A stretch of DNA of 63,754 nt, filler included, from Candidatus Omnitrophota bacterium (lineage in GTDB: Bacteria > Omnitrophota > Gorgyraeia > JAGLLT01): assembly GCA_023140385.1 (NCBI GenBank). It is 8 parts of 8 records of this genome, joined end to end, with 100 filler letters (N's around TTAATTAATTAA, not from the genome) between each part and the next. Parts side by side here need not be neighbours in the genome. Positions count along the whole stretch, not along the records: positions 1 to 14,602 come from JAGLLT010000001.1; positions 14,703 to 25,252 come from JAGLLT010000010.1; 6 more parts are not named here. One strand, written 5' to 3'. Shown here one piece after another: positions 11,214 to 20,100 of the stretch (positions are counted from its first letter, which is position 1; each line of letters opens with the position of its first letter). The position numbers and the translations under genes were made by a program. Below the pieces are notes generated by a model that saw nothing but the letters and a program-made list of their open reading frames with translations, had not been told where the DNA came from and searched no databases.

Positions 11214-11265
11214 CTTGCTTCCATTCTTTTAAATTTCATCTAACACGGAACTGAGCGAATTATAT

Positions 11266-11289
11266 AGGGTCAGGTCTCAACATTCAACA
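11266..11289 (+). repeat. 24-bp REP-like element AGGGTCAGGTCTCAACATTCAACA
   Basis: Exact reverse-complement copy at 24841-24864. Confidence 0.75.
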
Positions 11290-11307
11290 TTTTTTTATCA
11301 AACCAAC

Positions 11308-11754
11308 CTATTTTTCCCCCAACGCCTCAATGTCTGCTAAATCCTTGTGGCGGGAAATGGCTTTTTTGTTTACAATAAATTCTTGTTTCCCGATGTAATA
11401 GACTGGGACATTACCATAGGAGCCACTTACTCGATTAGGCGCGATTTGTTCCCACGTAAGGCCGCTTATTGAAGTCATAATATCGACGCGAACCGGCGGA
11501 ACACCAAGCTGAACTACTTTTCCCGGTGAAAAAAAGTCATTACTCGCTAAATTCAATCCATCAAAGCCAAAATCTTTCAGCGCGCTTAAAACCTTTTGAG
11601 CATTTTCTTGATCAGGCTTTATTAAAAGATCTATATCTCCGGTATAGCGGGGAGCTCCATAAAAGGCTAACGCGTAACCTCCAACGATCGCATATTCAAC
11701 GTTGTTCGCGTTGAATAACTCTAACAACTCTTTGAAGTCTTGCTGTGTTTCCAT
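11308..11754 (-). CDS. Nucleotidyltransferase (AbiEii/MenT-like, DUF6036-type), putative toxin, copy 1
   Basis: GGYALAFYGAPRYTGDID and NKKAISRHKDLADIEAL motifs; paralogue at 60395-60838. Confidence 0.8.
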   Translation of the reverse strand: METQQDFKELLELFNANNVEYAIVGGYALAFYGAPRYTGDIDLLIKPDQENAQKVLSALKDFGFDGLNLASNDFFSPGKVVQLGVPPVRVDIMTSISGLTWEQIAPNRVSGSYGNVPVYYIGKQEFIVNKKAISRHKDLADIEALGEK

Positions 11755-11884
11755 CGTATTGCCTCCTTAGCATTTCAACGGCTTCAATACGCTCTTTGAC
11801 TGATTTTGTTAACCAATATGCCGAATTTGTTTTTTTACGAAAACTATCATCTAAACTACCTTTTTTTACAACTCTTTTTATCAC
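11696..11884 (-). CDS. Small partner protein overlapping the nucleotidyltransferase, copy 1
   Basis: YW..K...ER.E..E.LR...YD..TARLQR..RV is conserved with 60271-60456. Confidence 0.7.
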   Translation of the reverse strand: MIKRVVKKGSLDDSFRKKTNSAYWLTKSVKERIEAVEMLRRQYDGNTARLQRVVRVIQREQR

Positions 11885-11928
11885 GATATATCTTCTTCCT
11901 CTTCTGTGTACGATCTCTTTATTGCTTC

Positions 11929-13974
11929 CTAACCCCCTGCCTTCTCCTGCTCGTATTTCTCAATAATAGACTGAGTGATTTTTGGGGGGAGTTGTTCGTA
12001 GTGGGAAAACTTCATTGAGTACGACCCTTTTCCGTGAGTCATAGACCTGAGCTCTGTCGCGTATTTAAACATCTCTGATAAAGGAACGGAGGCCTTTACT
12101 ATCTGCATACTACCGCGCGCCTCCATGCCCATAATCCTTCCCCTGCGGGAACTCAAATCTCCGCTAATCTGTCCCATATAATCCTCCGGCACAGCTATTT
12201 CCGCCTCCATTATAGGCTCAAGCAATACAGGCTTGGCGTCCATAGCGGCCTTTTTCAAAGCCATGGTCCCCGCAATCTGAAACGCGATGTCGGAAGAGTC
12301 AACGGTATGATAAGAGCCATCATAGAGGGTAACCCTCACATCAACCATGGGACAGCCGGCTACAACGCCTTCCAACATGGTCCTTCTTATACCCTTTTCA
12401 ACCGCGGGTATATAGTTTTTGGGTATGGCGCCGCCAACTATAGCATTAACAAACTCAAAACCCGCACCTTTTTCCAGAGGCTCTATTTCAATTGAACAGT
12501 CACCGTACTGGCCTCGCCCACCCGACTGTTTTTTATATTTACCCTGGGCCTTAGCCTTAGCGCTTATCGTCCCCTTGTAAGCAACTTTGGGCGTTCCGAC
12601 TTCGACTTCCACACCAAAGTGCTCTTTTAATCTGCCTATCATAACTTCAAGATGAATGTCTCCCATTCCCGAGATAATCTCTTCTTTTGTCTGCTCATTC
12701 CTGCTAATTTTAAAAGTCGCGTCTTCAACTGAAAGCTTCACGAGAGCCGGTGAGATTTTCTCTTCATCCGCCCGTGATTTAGGAGTAATAGACAAAGAAA
12801 TAACCGGTTCGGGAAAAACTATACGCTTGAATAGGAGAGGGCATTTTTCGTCACAGAGGGAATCCGACGTAGTGGTATATTTCAGTTTGTTAACAGCTGC
12901 TATAGCTCCTTCTTTTACCTGGTCAACCGCCTTCTGTTCTTTACCTTCTAAAAGAAAAAGATGTCCGATTCTTTCCTTTTTACCGCTGGACGCGTTTAAA
13001 AAACCCGTCTCGGCCTTGAGAACACCTGAATATACCCTAAATACAGAAAGCTGTCCAACATATGGATCCGATATAGTCTTAATCGTCTGAGCGGAAAAAG
13101 GTGCCTCTTTCTTCCGTTCCACCTGAATCTCTTCTTCCTGATTATCCGCTTTAAAAGCGGTAATCGCGGGTAACGCGTCTGAAGCGGGAGCATATTTCAT
13201 TATGGCTTCAAACAATAAATCAATGGATTTATTTTCAGCGGCTGAACCGCACAGGATGGGTATTACCTTTCGCGCTGAAATGGCCTCACCCAGGGCCTTC
13301 ATAATTTCCTCCTTGGTCAACTCTTTGCCCTCTAAGTACTTTTCCGTCAGGGCATCATCAACTTCAGCCGCGGCCTCAAATATCTTCTCCCGCATTTTTA
13401 ACGCTTTTTCTTTATCGGCATCAGCCAATTTTTCAATTCCTTCTTTTGAAAGCAAATCAACCGATCCTGAAAAAGAGGCCTCTTTGCCCAGCGGATACTG
13501 AAAAGGAATGCAAATATCGCCAAAACTTTCCTGAATAGAATCAACGGCTGAAAAAAAATCTGAACGTTCTTTATCCAGCTTATTAACAAATATCAGGCAG
13601 GGCTTATTTAATTCCTTGAGGATATTCCAGACGCGATCAGTTCCCACCTCTACGCCGCGGGTACCGCTAACAACTAATACTCCCGCGTCAACAGCGTTTA
13701 TACCGCTAATGATTTCCCCGATAAAGTCGGCGTATCCGGGGCAATCTATTATATTAAGTCTGTAATCACCGGCAGCTACATATAAAATAGAGGAGTTGAT
13801 AGAAATTTTTCTTGATTTTTCATCAGGATGGTAATCGCTTACGCTCGATCCAGCTTCGACCGAACCTAATCGTGAAGACATTTTTGTATTAAAAAGAATT
13901 GCCTCAACGATGGTTGTTTTACCGGCACTCGCATGAGAAACAAATGCCACATTTTTTATCTTGCCATCAGCCAT
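11929..13974 (-). CDS. fusA: Elongation factor G paralogue (EF-G2-like)
   Basis: Five-domain EF-G architecture: SHASAGKTT, DCPGY, NKLD, KKQSGGRGQYG, DGSYHTVDSS, LLEPIM. Lacks the canonical RGITI and lies outside the str operon. Confidence 0.9.
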   Translation of the reverse strand: MADGKIKNVAFVSHASAGKTTIVEAILFNTKMSSRLGSVEAGSSVSDYHPDEKSRKISINSSILYVAAGDYRLNIIDCPGYADFIGEIISGINAVDAGVLVVSGTRGVEVGTDRVWNILKELNKPCLIFVNKLDKERSDFFSAVDSIQESFGDICIPFQYPLGKEASFSGSVDLLSKEGIEKLADADKEKALKMREKIFEAAAEVDDALTEKYLEGKELTKEEIMKALGEAISARKVIPILCGSAAENKSIDLLFEAIMKYAPASDALPAITAFKADNQEEEIQVERKKEAPFSAQTIKTISDPYVGQLSVFRVYSGVLKAETGFLNASSGKKERIGHLFLLEGKEQKAVDQVKEGAIAAVNKLKYTTTSDSLCDEKCPLLFKRIVFPEPVISLSITPKSRADEEKISPALVKLSVEDATFKISRNEQTKEEIISGMGDIHLEVMIGRLKEHFGVEVEVGTPKVAYKGTISAKAKAQGKYKKQSGGRGQYGDCSIEIEPLEKGAGFEFVNAIVGGAIPKNYIPAVEKGIRRTMLEGVVAGCPMVDVRVTLYDGSYHTVDSSDIAFQIAGTMALKKAAMDAKPVLLEPIMEAEIAVPEDYMGQISGDLSSRRGRIMGMEARGSMQIVKASVPLSEMFKYATELRSMTHGKGSYSMKFSHYEQLPPKITQSIIEKYEQEKAGG

Positions 13975-14102
13975 TGTTATAAACTCCTTTCAGTAGTAAA
14001 CATTTAATTTATTTCTTTGAGGAATATATAGACTGAAAGGATTATAACATAAAGCTAGTTTTAAGGCAAGAGGTTGCAGGAGAAAAAAATCAGGCAAAAA
14101 AA

Positions 14103-14221
14103 ACCCGGCAGCTACCTACTCTCCCACTCAGTCGCCCAAGCAGTACCATCGGCGATGGAGGGCTTAACTACCGTATTCGAAATGGGAATCGGGTGTGGCC
14201 CCTCCGCTATAACTACCGGGA
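14103..14221 (-). rRNA. rrf: 5S rRNA
   Basis: Reverse complement CCCGGTAGTTATAGCGGAGGGGCCACACCCGATTCCCATTTCGAATACGGTAGTTAAG...GATGGTACTG...GGGAGAGTAGG matches the 5S pattern; lies downstream of 23S. Confidence 0.95.
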
Positions 14222-14286
14222 AAAACTTTTTTTCAAAAAAATCAACAATTACATAATCAGATAGATATAAGAAAATAATAGCAAGC

Positions 14287-14602
<316 letters not shown>

Positions 14603-14702
14603 NNNNNNNNNNNNNNNNNNNNNNNNNNNNNNNNNNNNNNNNNNNNTTAATTAATTAANNNNNNNNNNNNNNNNNNNNNNNNNNNNNNNNNNNNNNNNNN
14701 NN
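14603..14702. other. Artificial contig spacer (N-run/TTAATTAATTAA/N-run); same spacer at 25253-25352, 51593-51692, 53446-53545, 59616-59715, 60915-61014, 62082-62181
   Basis: Identical 100-nt linker with stops in all six frames occurs seven times. Confidence 0.99.
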
Positions 14703-14846
14703 CATGACCATCAGCTTGTGCAAACTGTGGCCAATCGTATTATTGAAATTACCCCCCATGGTTTTGTGGATAGGGTAATGACAACATATGATGAATATTT
14801 GTCTGATAAATCGGTTAAAAAGCAGCTTCAGAAACTCTACCCTTAG
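14703..14846 (+). CDS. 3' end of ABC-F family ATPase (YbiT/YkpA-like), partial
   Basis: Manual translation HDHQLVQTVANRIIEITPHGFVDRVMTTYDEYL matches the ABC-F C-terminal H-loop region. Confidence 0.75.
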   Translation, partial: HDHQLVQTVANRIIEITPHGFVDRVMTTYDEYLSDKSVKKQLQKLYP

Positions 14847-14978
14847 CCTCATTCCACCCTTTAAAATGAAAAGTTGTGAATCTTGTCTAGAATGAAAAAA
14901 TGGGTCACACCTATTTTTAAATTAATTAAACAAAAGTAAGCTTTTCGCTTAACACAGTAGCTTCTTTTGTCCACAAAA

Positions 14979-15009
14979 AGTTGCGAAACTCGTTTGATTC
15001 AGGGAGCCA
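14979..15009 (+). repeat. att-like direct repeat copy 1 (AGTTGCGAAACTCGTTTGATTCAGGGAGCCA)
   Basis: 26/31 identical to 16715-16745. Confidence 0.75.
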
Positions 15010-15117
15010 ATTTTGTTTCACAAAATTGGTACTGAAGCAGTGTTGCATAATCCGACCTAAAGGAGGATTATAGATGCTGAAGTACCTAATGACAATATCC
15101 GAACTTATTTCGGATAT

Positions 15118-15154
15118 AGCCCCAGTTGCTAATCATAGCTGGGGCTTTTTATTT
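15118..15154 (+). terminator. Rho-independent terminator
   Basis: AGCCCCAGTTG / TAGCTGGGGCT stem followed by a T-run. Confidence 0.7.
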
Positions 15155-15489
15155 GCTTACCAATCCAAAGATACTGAGGTATAATGTATCTAATGTAGAA
15201 TTTTACAAGTTCAAACATTGGGAGCGCTTGAGGGGTTAATTAAAAACCGAACTTTTTGGTTAAACGAAAAAAACTGGCAATGATTTAAAATAAATATTTA
15301 CGTTTAACAATGGAAAAATGAATTGAAAAGTTTGGTAAATTGCTTGCCAAGGAGACACATCTTTTAATAAGATGATTAAGTGTTGTATGGGCTTTGGGCT
15401 TGCTCCGATTAAAAAGAGAAAGAAATAGGTATTGTATCCCCCGATTGGATGTTTGGTTTTTATTAAACAATACAATAGGAGAGCAAGTT

Positions 15490-16617
15490 ATGGTAGATAT
15501 AAAAAAGTGGTTTAGTAGTCCTATTTCAAAAATAATTGGGATTATATTGCTTTGTATTTTTATTTGGCTTGTCATAAAGATAACAATTGGAGGATATTCT
15601 CCACCCTTATCTACCGTGATTCTTTTAATCGTAGGCGCTGTTTTAGCATTTATTGCTGAAATATGTTCACAGAGCACTTGGTTTAAAGGTATAATAATAT
15701 TAATTTTATTTTTAATGACAGGAGTTACTAATTATGCTGAGAGTGAAATTAGGCGCATAGATGCGGAAAATAGACATTTCAAGATATTATCTCAAACAGA
15801 AGCGCAACATACCGAAACGGTAGAAAAAGTTGAAATCCTTCAACAGATTATTTCTGGATATAAAGAAGACAACGTTAACCTTATGAATCGACAGCTTGAA
15901 ATCTATAGGGAAACTCTTGATAAAGTTGCAAAAGGAGAAATTCCTATGCCTCCAGATTTTATCAAAGTACAAGAAGAATCTCTGTTTGCCTATGCGGAAG
16001 ATATTGAGCAATGGGCAAGTAACTTAAGGCTTTTTAAGGGGGCGGAAAAAGATAGGTTGGAATTAGAATATAGTGCGCTCGAATTACGAGCAGAACAATT
16101 AAATGCAAAGACGGAGTTTTTAATTAAACCAATAATAGATGATTTAGAAACAATTATTGTAGAATTAAATGAGAAAGATGCTTTTGGTGGACAAATTGAG
16201 TGCAAAAAATTTGATATAGAACGGATAGTAATAGCAGCAAATGAGCATAAACCCTATGATTATCCTCCCTGGTGGCGTCTTAAAATTCGCAAGATATTTG
16301 AAATTAATTTTCCAAATAAAAAAATTCAGTGGGTAGTAGGAGTTCAGCCTATTATTGTAAAACCTGATGCTCAAAAAGATATTAACGATGTTCTCCCTGT
16401 AGTTATTATACAAAATATTGGAAGGGATTCAGACAGTATCGAAATTCGTCTTCACCCAGGTGGGCAATATACTGTTCATAAAATGTTTTCTTCATCTGGG
16501 GAACCAGGGGAATGGCAAAAAGAATTTATGGGGAAAACAGGGGGCAATGAACTTCTTTTAGAGGCATTTAAAAAGCTTTTTCAAAGAGAAATAAGTTTAT
16601 GGAGTTCTGTAGACTAA
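15490..16617 (+). CDS. Hypothetical membrane-anchored protein (N-terminal TM helices, coiled-coil, soluble C-terminal domain)
   Basis: Long AT-rich ORF (track start 15394); ATG at 15490 follows AGGAGAG; no family recognised. Confidence 0.75.
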   Translation: MVDIKKWFSSPISKIIGIILLCIFIWLVIKITIGGYSPPLSTVILLIVGAVLAFIAEICSQSTWFKGIIILILFLMTGVTNYAESEIRRIDAENRHFKILSQTEAQHTETVEKVEILQQIISGYKEDNVNLMNRQLEIYRETLDKVAKGEIPMPPDFIKVQEESLFAYAEDIEQWASNLRLFKGAEKDRLELEYSALELRAEQLNAKTEFLIKPIIDDLETIIVELNEKDAFGGQIECKKFDIERIVIAANEHKPYDYPPWWRLKIRKIFEINFPNKKIQWVVGVQPIIVKPDAQKDINDVLPVVIIQNIGRDSDSIEIRLHPGGQYTVHKMFSSSGEPGEWQKEFMGKTGGNELLLEAFKKLFQREISLWSSVD

Positions 16618-16714
16618 GTAAATTACATAAAAAAATTCATGTTTTTTTGCACAAGAAGTCATTTTGTCATTTCCAATAAATCCTGATAAATTCCCGTTTT
16701 ATAGGATAAACACC

Positions 16715-16745
16715 AGTTGCGAAATTCATCTAATACAGGGAGCCA
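16715..16745 (+). repeat. att-like direct repeat copy 2 (AGTTGCGAAATTCATCTAATACAGGGAGCCA)
   Basis: 26/31 identical to 14979-15009; followed by a bidirectional terminator. Confidence 0.75.
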
Positions 16746-16748
16746 TAC

Positions 16749-16781
16749 AAAAAAAGGGACGCCTAAAAGGTGTCCCTTTTT
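16749..16781. terminator. Bidirectional Rho-independent terminator
   Basis: AAAAAAAGGGACGCCT-AAA-AGGTGTCCCTTTTT between convergent genes. Confidence 0.8.
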
Positions 16782-17139
16782 ATATGGCCTTAATTTTGGC
16801 AAGCAAATCATCGAAATCGAATGGTTTTTGCATGATTTCAAAGTTATACGCTTTCAAATCGTTATCGTTGAAAGCATCCTCGGCAAAAGCGGTTAGCATA
16901 ATAATTTCAACATCGGGGGCAAGTCCTTTTAATATTTTCAGCACTTCAATTCCGCTTATATCAGAAAGTTTAATATCCAAAAGAACAAGGTCGTATTTAT
17001 TTTTTTTAAATAGTTCTATCGCGTTTTTCCCGTTGTAAGCTTTTGTAGCCGCGTATCCTTTTAACTCTAATATCGCGGAAATATTTCCACACAATGCCTC
17101 ATTGTCATCCACTACAAGTATTTTTAAACTTTCTACCAT
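16780..17139 (-). CDS. Stand-alone response regulator receiver domain
   Basis: ILVVDDN, LVLLDIKL, IMLTAF and QKPF; directly downstream of the hybrid kinase. Confidence 0.9.
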   Translation of the reverse strand: MVESLKILVVDDNEALCGNISAILELKGYAATKAYNGKNAIELFKKNKYDLVLLDIKLSDISGIEVLKILKGLAPDVEIIMLTAFAEDAFNDNDLKAYNFEIMQKPFDFDDLLAKIKAI

Positions 17140-17154
17140 AAAAGCAACCCCTTT

Positions 17155-20100
17155 TTATTGTACGCTTACAGGCAGTGTTATCTCAAAAGTCGCGCCATTA
17201 TCCCTTGAGGATCTGGCAACAATAATCCCGTCATGATTTTCTATGATCATCTTACAAATTGCTAACCCAAAACCAAAACCATGTAATTTAGTTGTAAATA
17301 AAGCGTCAAAAACATTTTTAATATTTTCAGGAGAAATTCCTTCGCCCGTATCTGTAAAGGCTATTTTTACTTTATCCCGGCCCTCCTGATACAAGTCTAT
17401 GGTCAATATGCCGTCACCGCTCATGGCATCTACGGCATTTTTAATGATATTATGAAAGACCATACTCACTTGCTTTTCATCTCCCCGTACAACAACATCG
17501 CTATTTAGAGATATGTTCTGGACAATTTTAATAGGCTTCGGCAATTCTAAAAAAGTGAGGGCTTTTTTTAATATATCAACAAGTATCAGTTTTTCTCTGC
17601 ACAGTTCTTTTATGCCTGATAAGCTCAAGAGGCTTTCCATGATAATTGTTGAATTTTTAACTTCATCTTCGATCTGTTTAACGTGTTTTTTAATGTTCTC
17701 ATCGCAGTTCCCAAGCTTAGATTTCAAGTAGTACGCGGATGTGCTGATAACATTAAGCGGATTGCGAATTTCATGAGACAGGCTTCCCGATAGTCTTCCT
17801 AATGTCGCTAAGCGCTCAGCCATTACAAGCTCTTCTCTGGCTTTGCGCAGCTGAAGCGTCCGAGCCTCAATCGTTTCCTCTAAATGCTCCTTATGGTGCT
17901 TAAGATCAGCTTCTGTTTTTTTCATTTTTTCTATCAATCGCGCGTTCTCCCATGAGATAGCTGCCTGATAGGTAAACAGCTTGGTCATTTCTGTTCTTTC
18001 TTCCGTAAAAACCGCTTCAGCTAATCTGTTCTCCATATATAAAATGCCGATAAGCTTTTTTTGTTTAACAACCGGAAGGCAAAGAACAGAGCGAAGCTTC
18101 ATATTCTGGACTTCTATGTTATCTTTAAATTTTCCTTTTTCAGACGCATTTTCTAAAAGAACGATTTTCTTAGTCCTTTGCACATAGCGAACGATGGCAA
18201 GGCAGATATCTTTTGTTCCCTCGACTTTTTTATTAACAATTAATGCCTTATTTTTATCCTGAATATGCCCTTGTACCCGCACGCGCAATTCTTGGTTTTC
18301 TTCTACAATTAAATAGCCGTTCTGCGCTCCGGAAGTCTCTAATACGCCATTCATAATACTGCACAAAAGCGTATTTTCTTCTGTTTCCGCGGGAATAACT
18401 AAACATGATTTAATTAAATAGTTAATATCAATATTAGGGAGGGCAAAAACAGACTCGCTGGCAGCCTGAGCCGGATAAAGCAGTTTTTCCTGTTCAAAAT
18501 AATTTGCATACTTTTCTATTAGAAGCGCCTCTTTTCGTTCCGCTCGGCACTTTTTGTATAAACGCAGAGCTTCTCTAAAAAATAGCCCCGCGTAGCTTTC
18601 CCGCGTATTCTCTGAGTTCTCATACAAATCTTCTTTTGAACACGTCCACCATCGTTTGCAATCCTGCTTTTTTTTGTTGCAGGTCGCATATTCTTTGCAG
18701 CGACCTCCAATCTCGGGATTTTCCTCAACAGACTCTCCGATGATTTCATTAATAAACCCCTCTAGAAAAGTATAATGGTACTTATGAGCAAGCCCCATAG
18801 CATCGAAATATAAAGCTCTTATTTCTCGCACGTTTTCCTCTAGAGACGCCCTTTCCGCGTATAAAAAAACTAAGTACGGCCTTAATAGCGGCCCTAAGCA
18901 GGCCCAATTTTCTATTTTCTTTATTAATTCATTAACAGATGATAAAACTTGTTGTTTATCTAAACCTTTATCACCTATTTTATTTTTGTAAAGCCGGATA
19001 GTATTTAATGCTACAAAAATATACCACTGTCTTTTTAATACATTATCTGTTAGCCCGGATAAAAAATCATTAACTCTGCTCAAATAATATTCAGCCCGCA
19101 GATAGTTCCCGAAATAATATTCAACAATTCCCCTGAGCACATAATAACTGCCTGCCGAAGCGATATGATTATCTTTTTCCCAAAGTTTTATCTGGTCATC
19201 TATATCAACTTGTTCGTAATTTTTTTTCATCGGCTCTATCCACCCGGCTTTCATAGCTTCGGCCAAACGGACAGAAAAATACAAATGGTATTTGTTGGAA
19301 AGGTCAAGACATTCGTTAGCATATTCTTCTATTTTAGTAAAGTTTTCTCCTTGCACCTGAAGATTCCACATAAGCGGGCCATAGGATAACCCCGCGTTAT
19401 AAAGATCCCCTGAATTTTTTCCGCAGGCGATTGATTTTAAAGAATAGTTCACTATTTCATCAGGGCGGCTTCGAGAGTGCATATTACACCACACAATTCC
19501 ATTCATTCCCCGAGTGGCTCCAAAGGTGTTGGGATATTTTTCACAAAGGTTTTTCGCGAGATCCTCATATTTAAACGCCCTTTCAAAATCGCCTTTTTCC
19601 CCTAAGTAAAGAGCCATTATCGTAAAGGAATAAATAACTGACTCATCCATGCCCCCCTGCAAACAATGCTGAGTTGACTGCACGGCCGAAAGATAAAGCT
19701 GAGGGACAAGTCCGGACATGTATAGATCCGGAATAAGTTCGCTATAAAATGCTAATTCTATCTTGCTTTTTCTTTCTTTGGTAAACGGCATATTAAATAT
19801 TGTTTCCCAGACAGTAATATTTTTTGATTCTATGTCTTTCGTTAATTGCTCTCTTTTCCGCTCAGCCAATACGGGGTCATCAGGAATTGCCTTGTTAAAA
19901 TAGTTAAGCCCGCGATTTGCCGTTTCAATTGCCTTAATAAAATTACCAATCGACGAAAGTGAGGCGGTTTGTTCCGCCAGACATTCCGCTTTATCTAAAT
20001 CGGTTTTCGCCGCGTCTAAAAGCTTATTCAGTAATTTTTCCGATTCAGTATAATTTCCGTACATTAATTCGGTCTTTGACAATCTCTGGTAAATTTTAAA

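Noticed and set aside
14074..14256. 60-aa ORF over the 5S rRNA
   Set aside because: Antisense to 5S rRNA; spurious.
14603..14702. Recurrent TTAATTAATTAA palindrome inside N-runs (7 copies)
   Set aside because: Artificial contig linker with six-frame stops. Adjacency across these spacers is not biological evidence, and ORFs containing X-runs are truncated.
16659..16841. 60-aa minus-strand ORF as a stand-alone gene
   Set aside because: Its first half overlaps the receiver gene and terminator; only the WLP... tail is meaningful and is treated under the att-scar finding.
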